From an uncultured bacterium (GTDB lineage: Bacteria > Patescibacteriota > Minisyncoccia > Phycocordibacterales > CAIRYW01), in assembly GCA_903882905.1 (NCBI GenBank), contig CAIRYW010000019.1, positions 1,406 through 65,405 on the forward strand: DNA of 64,000 bases, written 5' to 3'. Under the pieces are notes generated by a model. It saw only the letters and a program-made list of their open reading frames with translations, did not search any database and had not been told where the DNA came from. This document shows positions 9,922-20,458 of the stretch, piece after piece (the first letter of the stretch is position 1; each line of letters begins with the position of its first letter). The position numbers and the translations under genes are program-made.

Positions 9922-9961
9922 CCCAGCACCTTCTTTTGCTGCAGCAAAAGAAGGTGCTGGG
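9922..9961 (+). repeat. Perfect 40-nt palindrome CCCAGCACCTTCTTTTGCTG|CAGCAAAAGAAGGTGCTGGG (copy C of the CCCAGCAC family, no spacer)
   Basis: Self-complementary around a CTGCAG centre. Confidence 0.6.
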
Positions 9962-10127
9962 TTTTCCACACCCTATTTTTTTTAAAAAGTATTTAATGTA
10001 TAATTACAGGACAATTAAAAACAAATTCGCTCGGGTCGAATCGAGCAGAAATTAATTTAAAAGTTATTAGCGTGCCCTCTCAAGTTTTTTGAAGAAAAAT
10101 TTGTTAGGGTTATAAATTACTAAAAAA

Positions 10128-10496
10128 ATGAATAAACAAAAAGGTTTTACACTGATCGAACTTTTGGTTGTTATTGCAATCATTGGTATTTTGTCTGCAG
10201 TTGTTCTTACATCATTGACTGGAGCAAGAACGAAGGCTCAAACAGCAGCATATAAAGCAGAACTAGCTGGTTTGCAACCTGCATTGATTAGCGATTGTGA
10301 TACTGGAGCTTTAACAACTGGTGCTGGTGATTTAATTGCGAATGGTCAACATTCTCTTGGAACCGTAAGTGCTCAGACTTGTGCTACAAATGGAGGAACA
10401 TTTACTGTTGGTTTCACTGTCGGTACGGGTAAATCAGGAGGTACTTGTACAGCTGGCCAGATAACAGATTCTGCTGTAACGTTTACTGGTTGTTAA
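10128..10496 (+). CDS. Type IV pilin (class III signal peptide MNKQKG|FTLIEL)
   Basis: Prepilin N-methylation motif, hydrophobic helix, C-terminal Cys pair. Confidence 0.85.
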   Translation: MNKQKGFTLIELLVVIAIIGILSAVVLTSLTGARTKAQTAAYKAELAGLQPALISDCDTGALTTGAGDLIANGQHSLGTVSAQTCATNGGTFTVGFTVGTGKSGGTCTAGQITDSAVTFTGC

Positions 10497-10524
10497 AAGA
10501 AGATCTAAGACTCACTACATAAGT

Positions 10525-10563
10525 AAAAAAACAGAATTCCTTAATTGGAGTTCTGTTTTTTTT
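10525..10563 (+). terminator. Rho-independent terminator after pilin 1
   Basis: acagaattcc..ggagttctgt stem followed by 8 T. Confidence 0.65.
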
Positions 10564-10566
10564 GAG

Positions 10567-10596
10567 TTGATTATATTCCTAAAAAAGTTGTATAAT
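10567..10596 (+). promoter_or_regulatory. Sigma70-like promoter for pilin 2 (TTGATT -18 nt- TATAAT)
   Basis: Consensus-like -35/-10 with 18-nt spacer, ~20 nt upstream of ATG 10617. Confidence 0.5.
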
Positions 10597-10616
10597 CTAT
10601 ATATAAATATATTAAA

Positions 10617-11030
10617 ATGAATAAACAAAAAGGTTTTACACTTATCGAACTTTTGGTTGTTATCGCAATCATTGGTATTTTGTCTGCAGTTGTTCTTACA
10701 TCATTGACTAGTGCGAGAACAAAAGCAAGGAGGGGGGCTGCTATTTCGACTATGCAAGGTATTATGCATGAATTCTTAATTTGTGATATTGATGGTGGAT
10801 ATGGTCTAACAACTGCAATCACTGCTGGTACATCATATGTCTGTGTAAGTGCATCAGGAGGCACAACTGCCATGGCTGGTCATACAATCACTTGGCCAAG
10901 CATAGCAAACACTGGTTATGCTTATGCAACTCCTGCAGGTCTTCTTTCTGCTGGAACATATCAATATACTGCAACTATTTCTGGTGGACCCACAATTACA
11001 TGTACTCCCTCGACAAACGTCTGTAGTTAA
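10617..11030 (+). CDS. Type IV pilin paralog
   Basis: MNKQKGFTLIELLVVIAIIGILSAVV N-terminus identical to pilin 1. Confidence 0.85.
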   Translation: MNKQKGFTLIELLVVIAIIGILSAVVLTSLTSARTKARRGAAISTMQGIMHEFLICDIDGGYGLTTAITAGTSYVCVSASGGTTAMAGHTITWPSIANTGYAYATPAGLLSAGTYQYTATISGGPTITCTPSTNVCS

Positions 11031-11120
11031 AATTGTCTGGATAAAATTTACAGTCCTATTAAAATAAAATAATTGTCCTCGATCACTATAATTAATATTT
11101 TTTCGTGTTAAAATATTTAC

Positions 11121-11486
11121 ATGAAAAAAGGTTTTACACTTATCGAACTTTTAGTTGTTATTGCAATAATTGGTATTTTGTCTTCTGTGGTTCTTACGTC
11201 TTTGAATGGTGCGAGAGACAAAGCAAAAATTTCTGCTTTCAAGTCTGAACTTTCTTCTCTTCAGTCTGGGTTGGTAAGTATTTGTGATTCTAGAGATATT
11301 GATGTTGCAACTGATACTCCAGCAATTGGTGCCCATAGCGCAGCTGATATTGCGAGTTTTGCACAAAGTTGTGCCGATGACACCGACCCGGTTTATACAT
11401 TTAGTGTTACATTCACTCCAACAAATGGTGCTGCCTGCACTGATGGGACTATCACTGATTCTACTACTACGTACACTGGTTGCTAA
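11121..11486 (+). CDS. Type IV pilin paralog
   Basis: MKKG|FTLIELLVVIAIIG, C-terminal Cys pair. Confidence 0.85.
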   Translation: MKKGFTLIELLVVIAIIGILSSVVLTSLNGARDKAKISAFKSELSSLQSGLVSICDSRDIDVATDTPAIGAHSAADIASFAQSCADDTDPVYTFSVTFTPTNGAACTDGTITDSTTTYTGC

Positions 11487-11536
11487 TAAAAATAGTTTTA
11501 TAGTACTTGTTGGTGATACTAAGTGATTTTCAAAAT

Positions 11537-12019
11537 ATGAAAAAAGGTTTTACCCAGCACCAAGTTTTCACAAAACAAGAGTTAATCAAGCGTAAGTTTT
11601 CTATTAGAAAACTTAGTGCTGGGTTTACACTTATCGAACTTTTAGTTGTTATTGCAATAATTGGTATTTTGTCTTCTGTGGTTCTTACGTCTCTAAGTGG
11701 GGCACAAGATAAAGCTAGAAAAGCTGCGGTGATTTCAAGCTTGCAGAGTATTATGCACGAACTTACAATGTGTGATATTGATGGTGGTTTTGGTAGAACG
11801 GAAAACCCTATAGTAGCTGGCGATTATATATGTGTCACTCCAAGTGGAACTGTTAATACTCCTATGACAAATCATACGGCTACTTGGCCAAACATTACAG
11901 GTATTGGTGGTACATATGGGAGTGCTAGGAATGCATTTTCAACTGGAACCTATTCTTATATAGCGACAGTTAATGGTGCAACCATAACTTGTACTTACTC
12001 AACCCAAGTTTGTAGTTAA
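11537..12019 (+). CDS. Type IV pilin paralog with 25-aa insertion in the leader peptide (MKKGFT-[QHQVFTKQELIKRKFSIRKLSAGFT]-LIEL)
   Basis: Start ATG 11537, internal to ORF-track start 11507. The mature part is a paralog of the 10617 pilin; the insertion corresponds to IR element copy G. Confidence 0.75.
   Translation: MKKGFTQHQVFTKQELIKRKFSIRKLSAGFTLIELLVVIAIIGILSSVVLTSLSGAQDKARKAAVISSLQSIMHELTMCDIDGGFGRTENPIVAGDYICVTPSGTVNTPMTNHTATWPNITGIGGTYGSARNAFSTGTYSYIATVNGATITCTYSTQVCS
11546..11628 (+). mobile_element. CCCAGCAC-core IR element copy G (68-bp insert with 7-bp target duplication GGTTT(T)AC) inside the pilin leader-coding sequence
   Basis: Arms acccagcaccaagttt / aaacttagtgctgggt (one mismatch). 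Flanking GGTTTTAC / GGTTTAC duplication reconstitutes the G-F-T codons; total 75 bp, in frame. Confidence 0.6.
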
Positions 12020-12056
12020 AAACTTTTAGTATAGATAATTGTGTTAAAATGTTCTT

Positions 12057-12509
12057 ATGGAAAAAGGATTTTCATTAATGGAACTCATGGTTGCTGTTGC
12101 GGTCATCGGTATTTTGACTGCTGTGGTTATTCCTTCATATTTGTCTTCAAAAGCAAGGTCTAGAGATGCTATTCGTCTCGGAGACTTAAAGAGTATTTCT
12201 TTGGCTATACAAAATTCTTGGCAAGAAAGTGGTTATACAACTTGGCCACAAAGTTTATCCGATATTTCCTCATATTTTAATGGCGTAATACCCACTGATC
12301 CGTCTGATCATTCACAATATTTATATACTCCCTATAGTCTTGATAGGGCAACTCAGATTGGCAATGATCCAAGTACTCAGAAAAAAGATTTTTGTCTTGG
12401 AACGAAAATGGAAGTAATATCGGCAACAACTACTTGCAATATGCAGGATGCTTATGCCCAAGGTAAAAGTTATCCAACTGGTTACAATTATACTTATGTA
12501 GGGCCGTAG
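12057..12509 (+). CDS. Type IV pilin-like protein (MEKG|FSLMELMVAVAVIG)
   Basis: Prepilin motif with E5, hydrophobic N-helix. Confidence 0.75.
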   Translation: MEKGFSLMELMVAVAVIGILTAVVIPSYLSSKARSRDAIRLGDLKSISLAIQNSWQESGYTTWPQSLSDISSYFNGVIPTDPSDHSQYLYTPYSLDRATQIGNDPSTQKKDFCLGTKMEVISATTTCNMQDAYAQGKSYPTGYNYTYVGP

Positions 12510-12534
12510 TTTTTCATTATGTTATAATTTACAT

Positions 12535-13356
12535 ATGTTTTATTATCTTTCAGCAGTAATTTTTGTTGTCGGTACGATTATTGGCAGTTTTCTTAATGTC
12601 GTCGCTCTTAGAATCAATACTGGTAAGGGCTTAATGGGTAGGTCTTTTTGCATGTCTTGTGGAAAGACAATAAAATCATATGATCTTTTTCCTATCTTGA
12701 GTTTTCTATCTCTGGGTGGAAAATCCCGTTGTTGCAAGACAAAAATTTCTTGGCAGTATCCTTTGGTTGAATTTATCACAGGACTAATTTTTCTTTCAGT
12801 TTTTTTAAAGTTTTATAGTCTTGCATACGTTCCAGTTTTGGTTCCAACTTTTTGGTATTTAGCTTTTTGTATTTTGATTGTTATCACGATTTATGATGTA
12901 AGACATCAGATTATTCCAGATTTTCTTTCATATACTTTTGCATTTTTATCTGTTTTATATTTTGTTGGAGATAAAAGTCTTACAAGTATTTTTTCTTATC
13001 CAGAAATTTTAAATTTTTTGGCTGGCCCAATTATTTTTGCTGTGTTCTCTTTGGTTTGGTTTGTTTCAAAAGGGAGATGGATTGGTTTTGGAGATGGAAA
13101 ACTAGCCCTTGGAATGGGGTTTGCATTAGGATTTTCAGAAGCTCTTTCGGCAATTGCTTTTGCCTTTTGGATCGGGGCAATCTGGAGTATTTTTATACTA
13201 CTTTTTCAAAAACTTGGTATTGCAAAAAGTAAATTTAATTTTAAGAGCGCTGTGCCGTTTGCACCATTTATGATTGCGGGATTTCTTTTGGCTTTTATTT
13301 TGAGCGCTGATGTTTTTAGTTTAAATATGTTAATTTTTGGCCCAGCACCTTTTTAA
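12535..13356 (+). CDS. pilD: Prepilin peptidase PilD (A24 family, bifunctional)
   Basis: N-terminal Cys tetrad CMSCGK...CCKTK, multiple TM, catalytic Asp region. Confidence 0.85.
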   Translation: MFYYLSAVIFVVGTIIGSFLNVVALRINTGKGLMGRSFCMSCGKTIKSYDLFPILSFLSLGGKSRCCKTKISWQYPLVEFITGLIFLSVFLKFYSLAYVPVLVPTFWYLAFCILIVITIYDVRHQIIPDFLSYTFAFLSVLYFVGDKSLTSIFSYPEILNFLAGPIIFAVFSLVWFVSKGRWIGFGDGKLALGMGFALGFSEALSAIAFAFWIGAIWSIFILLFQKLGIAKSKFNFKSAVPFAPFMIAGFLLAFILSADVFSLNMLIFGPAPF

Positions 13357-13440
13357 TTTGTTAAAATCATGAGTTTAATTAAAATAATAAAAAAATATTT
13401 TTCAAAAAAAAATCTTAATGAAGTACAAAAAGGTGCTGGG
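13341..13440 (+). repeat. CCCAGCAC-core IR element copy D (14-bp arms CCCAGCACCTTTTT / AAAAAGGTGCTGGG) enclosing the start codon and leader of pseudopilin 13369
   Basis: Left arm overlaps the pilD stop; right arm encodes K-G-A-G of the cleavage site. Confidence 0.6.
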
Positions 13441-14076
13441 TTCACCCTCGTCGAAATGATGGTGGTCGTGGCTATTGTAATTGTCATGACTTCTATTTTG
13501 CTTTTGAAACAATCAAAGTTTTCAAGTGATATTTTGGTTACAAACGCTGCTTACGAAGTAGCCCTCTCAATCCGAGAAGCTCAAGTTTATGGTATTAGTT
13601 CCAAACAAACTTCCACAAATTTAAATGTTGGATATGGAATATATTTAGACAATTCATCCACAAATTCTTTTACTATTTATTCTGATGGCGGCTATTCTAG
13701 TAGTAATACATATAATTACACTTTTAATTACGGAGATACTGGCGAATCTTATGTTTCAATAGAAAATCCTCAACTTACACAAGGTCAGACAATAAAAAAA
13801 ATTTGCGTTGCTTCGACAATGAATAATATTAGTTGTTCTGATACTGATTCAACGCTCACAAAACTTAATATAGGTTTTATAAAGCCAAACCCTGAAGCTT
13901 TAATATATAAAAATGGTACTACTGGTACATCAAATAGGCTAAATGAAGCTTTTATAGTCGTTGCATCTGTTCTTGGAGATAAATGTAGAGTCGTCCGAAT
14001 AACTTCTATTGGACAAATATCAGTTGATACTCCTCGTCCTCTAGGTGACGAATGTACCGCTTTACCAACATTATGA
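13369..14076 (+). CDS. Minor pseudopilin with long 24-aa leader (..KKYFSKKNLNEVQKGAG|FTLVEM)
   Basis: Prepilin cleavage motif G|FTLVE after an extended leader; hydrophobic helix. Confidence 0.75.
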   Translation: MSLIKIIKKYFSKKNLNEVQKGAGFTLVEMMVVVAIVIVMTSILLLKQSKFSSDILVTNAAYEVALSIREAQVYGISSKQTSTNLNVGYGIYLDNSSTNSFTIYSDGGYSSSNTYNYTFNYGDTGESYVSIENPQLTQGQTIKKICVASTMNNISCSDTDSTLTKLNIGFIKPNPEALIYKNGTTGTSNRLNEAFIVVASVLGDKCRVVRITSIGQISVDTPRPLGDECTALPTL

Positions 14077-14639
14077 TAATAAAAAAAATAAAACAAAAAA
14101 ATATTGATGGTTTTACACTTATCGAATTAATGGTTTCTGTTAGTATTTTCGCTATTGTCGTTTTGGTTTCTATAACTGCAATCCTTGCAATTGTTGAAGC
14201 AAATAAAAAAGCTCAAGCTTTGGATGACGTAATAAACAATATGAATTTTAGTGTTGAAAGTATGGTAAGAGATTTAAGGACAGGCTATAACTATACTTGT
14301 TATATAAATGGAAGTTATGGAGCTTGTCCTTCTAATTCGGCAGTAAGCTCGATTACTTTTTTTTCTAGTATCTCTGGTTGTAATGTTACATATCATTTGG
14401 CTAGTAATGCGATTTATAAAAATATTTCATGTAACGGCGGAACTGACATGTCTCTTACTCCAAGTAATATTAATGTCAGTCGGTTTGATCTTTATGTTTC
14501 AAACCCTGCTTATGTTGCTCCTAATTACACACAACCAATTATTCTTATGGTTCTTCAAGCTAAAGCAAGTGTAGGAAAGCAATCAACTGAATTTGATTTG
14601 CAAACTTTAATTTCACAAAGGAGATTAAATATCCAATAA
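14073..14639 (+). CDS. Minor pseudopilin (MIIKKIKQKNIDG|FTLIELMV)
   Basis: ATG 14073 overlaps the upstream stop (ATGA); ORF-track start 14052. Confidence 0.75.
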   Translation: MIIKKIKQKNIDGFTLIELMVSVSIFAIVVLVSITAILAIVEANKKAQALDDVINNMNFSVESMVRDLRTGYNYTCYINGSYGACPSNSAVSSITFFSSISGCNVTYHLASNAIYKNISCNGGTDMSLTPSNINVSRFDLYVSNPAYVAPNYTQPIILMVLQAKASVGKQSTEFDLQTLISQRRLNIQ

Positions 14640-14643
14640 TATG

Positions 14644-14745
14644 AACCCAGCACCTTTATCTTTTCAAAATCATGAACTTCATAAATAAAACAAAAAAATA
14701 TTTTTTAAAGAAAAATTTATACAAAGCACATAAAGGTGCTGGGTT
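14644..14745 (+). repeat. CCCAGCAC-core IR element copy E (16-bp arms AACCCAGCACCTTTAT / ATAAAGGTGCTGGGTT) enclosing the start and leader of pseudopilin 14672
   Basis: Interior is homologous to copy D (aaaatcatga..ttaat..aaaaaaatatttt..); the right arm encodes KGAG. Confidence 0.6.
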
Positions 14746-15292
14746 CACATTAATTGAAACTATGGTTGCAATTACCATCCTTCTTGTAACTATTGTTGGA
14801 CCGATGGAGATCGCTTCGAAAGCTTTATTTTCTGCTTTTTATGCTAGAGATCAAATAACTGCATATTATTTAGCACAAGAGGGTATAGAGTCTTTAAGAA
14901 ACTTCAGAGATGTTTATTATTTAAATGGCTTTACTGGTTGGCCTTCTTTTGTGACAGATTGTTCATATGACGGGATAAGTAAGTATGGGTGTAAAGTTGG
15001 TGCTTCTAGTGGTGCGAATCCTGTTTATAGTGTATTAAAATGTACTGCTAAATGTGATACACCTAGTGATGCCCTATATTACAATAGTGGGAATGGTATA
15101 TATTCTTATATTACTGATTCTGGTAATACCAAATCAAAATATACTAGATTAGTGAAAGTTACCCCAGATGCAACAAATCCTAATGATGCCGCGCTCGTTG
15201 AATCGACAGTTTATTGGACAGGAAGTTATCTATCGAGCGGTACAAAATCTTTTACAATAAAAGAAATGCTTTATAACTGGCAGACGAAATAA
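14672..15292 (+). CDS. Minor pseudopilin with long leader (..KKYFLKKNLYKAHKGAG|FTLIETMV)
   Basis: Prepilin motif; the leader is similar to that of the 13369 gene. Confidence 0.75.
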   Translation: MNFINKTKKYFLKKNLYKAHKGAGFTLIETMVAITILLVTIVGPMEIASKALFSAFYARDQITAYYLAQEGIESLRNFRDVYYLNGFTGWPSFVTDCSYDGISKYGCKVGASSGANPVYSVLKCTAKCDTPSDALYYNSGNGIYSYITDSGNTKSKYTRLVKVTPDATNPNDAALVESTVYWTGSYLSSGTKSFTIKEMLYNWQTK

Positions 15293-15301
15293 ATAAGAAT
15301 T

Positions 15302-15838
15302 ATGACAAAAGATTTAAGATTTAAGAATAAAAAAGAAAATGTAGGGTTTACACTCCTGTATGCCTCAATGATTGCAGGTCTTTTACTCGCTATTGGAGCA
15401 GCGATACTTAGTATTACTGTAAAACAAATTTCACTTTCTGCCGCTGGGAGAGAGTCGCAGTTTGCATTTTACAATGCAGATACAGGAACAGAATGTGCAG
15501 TTTATTGGTATAGAACGTCAAAAACCGGTATTTGTCCAGCTGGCCTTTTTCCACCAAAAAGTGATAGTACAAACGATCAGTCTTGCACTAATATAAGCTC
15601 AAATCCACCTAAATGTTTAGGATTGGCTTTGACTGACAAATATGGCGGGCAAATAACATCTTTTGCACAAACTGGGTTATATTCTTTTAGCATCACTTCT
15701 CAGGGTGCAAATAATATTTGCTTTGATGTAACAATTGACAAGAATACTGACCCAAGTAAAACTATAATAACCTCTAGAGGGTACAATACTTGTGATAAGG
15801 GGAACAGATTCGAGAGAGCAATTGAAGTTGATTTCTAG
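15302..15838 (+). CDS. Non-canonical pilin-like protein (G|FTLLY, lacks Glu5; PilX/ComGG-like candidate)
   Basis: Hydrophobic N-terminal helix after a GFTLL motif, Cys-rich C-terminus; last gene of the pilin block. Confidence 0.5.
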   Translation: MTKDLRFKNKKENVGFTLLYASMIAGLLLAIGAAILSITVKQISLSAAGRESQFAFYNADTGTECAVYWYRTSKTGICPAGLFPPKSDSTNDQSCTNISSNPPKCLGLALTDKYGGQITSFAQTGLYSFSITSQGANNICFDVTIDKNTDPSKTIITSRGYNTCDKGNRFERAIEVDF

Positions 15839-15849
15839 AACTGATTTAA

Positions 15850-17889
<2,040 letters not shown>

Positions 17890-17912
17890 CCTTTATTTGC
17901 TATACTCATTCC

Positions 17913-18191
17913 ATGATTTCTAAAGATGATATTAAAAAATTGGCTACCTTGTCTCGGCTCCAAATATCGGATTCTGAGCTTGAAAGTGTCTCAAAAGAGA
18001 TAGGTTCAATTCTTGAATATGTTGGAACTATTAATTCTGCTATTGCAGGTGAAGAAGAAAATTCTCCAGAGATTTATAACAATTTGCGGGAAGATGAAAA
18101 CCCAAATGACACAGGGGCACAAACCGAGACCCTTTTGTCATCAGCACCAAAGAGAGAAGAGAATTTTGTAAAAGTAAAACAAGTAATGTAA
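17913..18191 (+). CDS. gatC: Glu-tRNA(Gln)/Asp-tRNA(Asn) amidotransferase subunit C
   Basis: 92 aa, LSRLQISDSELE motif, directly upstream of gatA and overlapping it by 1 nt. Confidence 0.8.
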   Translation: MISKDDIKKLATLSRLQISDSELESVSKEIGSILEYVGTINSAIAGEEENSPEIYNNLREDENPNDTGAQTETLLSSAPKREENFVKVKQVM

Positions 18192-19603
18192 TGGATTTAA
18201 AAACTCTTACAATAAAACAAGCACGTAAAGATCTAGATGCTAAAAAATACACAGCTGTTGATTTAGTATCCGCATATCTTGAGGCGATCAAAGAAAAAAA
18301 TTCAAATCTAAATGCATATCTAGAAGTTTATAATGACGTCATTGCTCAAGCGGAAGCAGCTGATAAAAGAATCCAGAATGGTGAAAAAGGCGAACTTTTA
18401 GGAATACCTCTTGCGCTCAAAGATAATATTTTAGTTAAAGGCAGAATTGCATCTGCAGCATCAAAAATTTTAGAAAATTATGTCGCAACATATGATGCAA
18501 CCGCTATAGAGAAACTCAAAAAAAGCGGAGCTATTTTCTTAGGAAGATGCAATATGGACGAATTTGCTATGGGAGGTTCAACCGAAAATTCTGCATTTGG
18601 CCCAACAAAAAACCCTTATGATACTTCACGTGTGGCAGGAGGCTCTTCTGGTGGCTCAATAGCTACAGTAGCCTCAGATATAGCTCTTGGCGCCCTAGGA
18701 TCTGATACAGGGGGTTCTATTAGGCAACCAGCAGCCTTTTGTGGGGTAGTAGGAATGAAGCCGTCTTATGGAAGAGTTTCTCGTTATGGTCTTATGGCTA
18801 TGGGATCTTCTTTGGATCAAATTGGACCTGTAGCAAAAACGATTGAAGACGCAGAAATTATTTTTAAAGTTATAGAAGGGAAAGATAATTTTGATTCAAC
18901 TTCGAAAGAGTCTCCAATCGAAAAAAGACAAAATAAAAAAATAATTGGAGTGCCTAGAAAAATTCTAGAAGAGAAGGGAATTTCCGAAGAAGTCTTGAAA
19001 AATTTTAACGAATCAATTGAAAAATTTAAATCTGCTGGATATGAAATCCTAGACATAGAACTTCCAAGAATTTCATATTCTCTTTCAGTTTATTATATTT
19101 TGATGCCGGCAGAAGTTTCCTCAAACATGGCACGTTTTGATGGTGTTAAATTTGGAACTCTTGCTGAGGGAGAAACTTTGACTGAGGATTATATGAAAAC
19201 TAGAGGTACACTTTTGGGTAAAGAAGTCAGAAGGAGAATTTTGCTTGGGACATATGTTTTGTCGGCTGGATATTATGATGCTTATTATGGAAAAGCTACA
19301 AAAGTGAGATCCTTGATAAAAAAAGATTTTGATGAAGCCTTTAAAAAAGTTGATGCAGTCTTGATGCCTGTCTCTCCAACGCCAGCTTTTAAAATTGGTG
19401 AAAAAACATCGGATCCAATAGAAATGTATTTGGCAGACATTTTTACAGTGACGGCAAATTTAATCGGAACGCCAGCTATATCAATTCCTTCTGGGTTTAC
19501 TACGGGCGAATTACCACTACCTCTAGCAATTCAATTAATTGCTCCTTATATGCAAGACGAAATTCTTTTTGAAATTGGAAAAGATTTTGAAAAGTTGAAA
19601 TAG
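18191..19603 (+). CDS. gatA: Glu-tRNA(Gln) amidotransferase subunit A (amidase signature)
   Basis: GGSSGGS amidase signature, Ser-cisSer-Lys triad context. Confidence 0.9.
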   Translation: MDLKTLTIKQARKDLDAKKYTAVDLVSAYLEAIKEKNSNLNAYLEVYNDVIAQAEAADKRIQNGEKGELLGIPLALKDNILVKGRIASAASKILENYVATYDATAIEKLKKSGAIFLGRCNMDEFAMGGSTENSAFGPTKNPYDTSRVAGGSSGGSIATVASDIALGALGSDTGGSIRQPAAFCGVVGMKPSYGRVSRYGLMAMGSSLDQIGPVAKTIEDAEIIFKVIEGKDNFDSTSKESPIEKRQNKKIIGVPRKILEEKGISEEVLKNFNESIEKFKSAGYEILDIELPRISYSLSVYYILMPAEVSSNMARFDGVKFGTLAEGETLTEDYMKTRGTLLGKEVRRRILLGTYVLSAGYYDAYYGKATKVRSLIKKDFDEAFKKVDAVLMPVSPTPAFKIGEKTSDPIEMYLADIFTVTANLIGTPAISIPSGFTTGELPLPLAIQLIAPYMQDEILFEIGKDFEKLK

Positions 19604-19769
19604 TTTACCCTTTAAAGTTTTTACCTATACTAGTTTTTCTACTGAAAAACTAGCTAAAAATTGCTTTTTAAGATTATCGAGTGTGATAGAATTTATATAT
19701 GTTCAGTTTATAGTTTTGTGCAAAATTAGCTAAGCAATTTTTAATAGGTAAAAATTTTCTAGGGTATAT

Positions 19770-20456
19770 ATGGCAGACGCACATAAAGAAGAATCACATA
19801 GTAGCGGAAGTACTGAAGGAGCTGGAGGGGCCTTAGATGCTTTATTTTGGTTACTTTTTGTTTTGGTTGTTTTAATGATTCTAGGAGCATTTTTCAAGAT
19901 GTTTGGAGTAGATTTTTCTACATTCCCAAGTATTTCATCCGTATTTGAGTTAATCTTTAATAAGATTCAAGTCTTTTCAGTCTTTTTATCTTTAGTGTTT
20001 TTTTCTGCTTCAATTTATTTTAGCGTAAAAGTTACAGAGCTTTTTCATGGAGCGCACAGTCATGGACATGATCACGGAGGACATGAACATCACAAGGACG
20101 AAGGAGAACAAGTTCATGATTTAAATATCCAAAATCATGGGCCAAATAAAAAATGGTTGAAGATTGAAGAAAAAATGAATTCTCAGAATGAGCAGGATTG
20201 GAGGATTGCAATTGTTGATGCGGATATAATTCTTGAAGAAATGCTTGGACGCATGGGTTATGTTGGAGAGGGGATTGCAGAAAAATTAAAGCAAGTTGAT
20301 AAAGCTGATTTTAAAACAATCCAAAATGCTTGGAATGCACACAAACTTAGAAACAGAATTGCCCACGAAGGAAGTAATTTCCACCTATCTAGAACAGAGG
20401 CTGAAATAGCGATTGATGATTTCAAAAAAGTTTTCGAAGAGTTCTACTTTATTTAA
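19770..20456 (+). CDS. His-rich membrane protein with C-terminal soluble domain carrying an Rx4H (HEPN-like) motif
   Basis: Two or three TM helices, HGAHSHGHDHGGHEHH tract, C-terminal ...AHKLRNRIAHEG... Confidence 0.5.
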   Translation: MADAHKEESHSSGSTEGAGGALDALFWLLFVLVVLMILGAFFKMFGVDFSTFPSISSVFELIFNKIQVFSVFLSLVFFSASIYFSVKVTELFHGAHSHGHDHGGHEHHKDEGEQVHDLNIQNHGPNKKWLKIEEKMNSQNEQDWRIAIVDADIILEEMLGRMGYVGEGIAEKLKQVDKADFKTIQNAWNAHKLRNRIAHEGSNFHLSRTEAEIAIDDFKKVFEEFYFI

Positions 20457-20458
20457 TG

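Noticed and set aside
11284-11526. 80-aa ORF overlapping the pilin genes in another frame
   Set aside because: Lies entirely within or between well-supported pilin genes and has low-complexity Leu/Gln-rich composition. Judged a frame artefact, as are the other short antisense ORFs inside pilB, ligA, gatA, purD, the ABC-F gene and pheT
19620-19760. Inverted repeat AGCTAAAAATTGCTT / AAGCAATTTTTAGCT-like pair and a TAGTTTTTC..GAAAAACTA hairpin after gatA
   Set aside because: AT-rich low-complexity intergenic sequence; the hairpin is most simply the gatCA terminator, and the IR is imperfect. Not reported as an element
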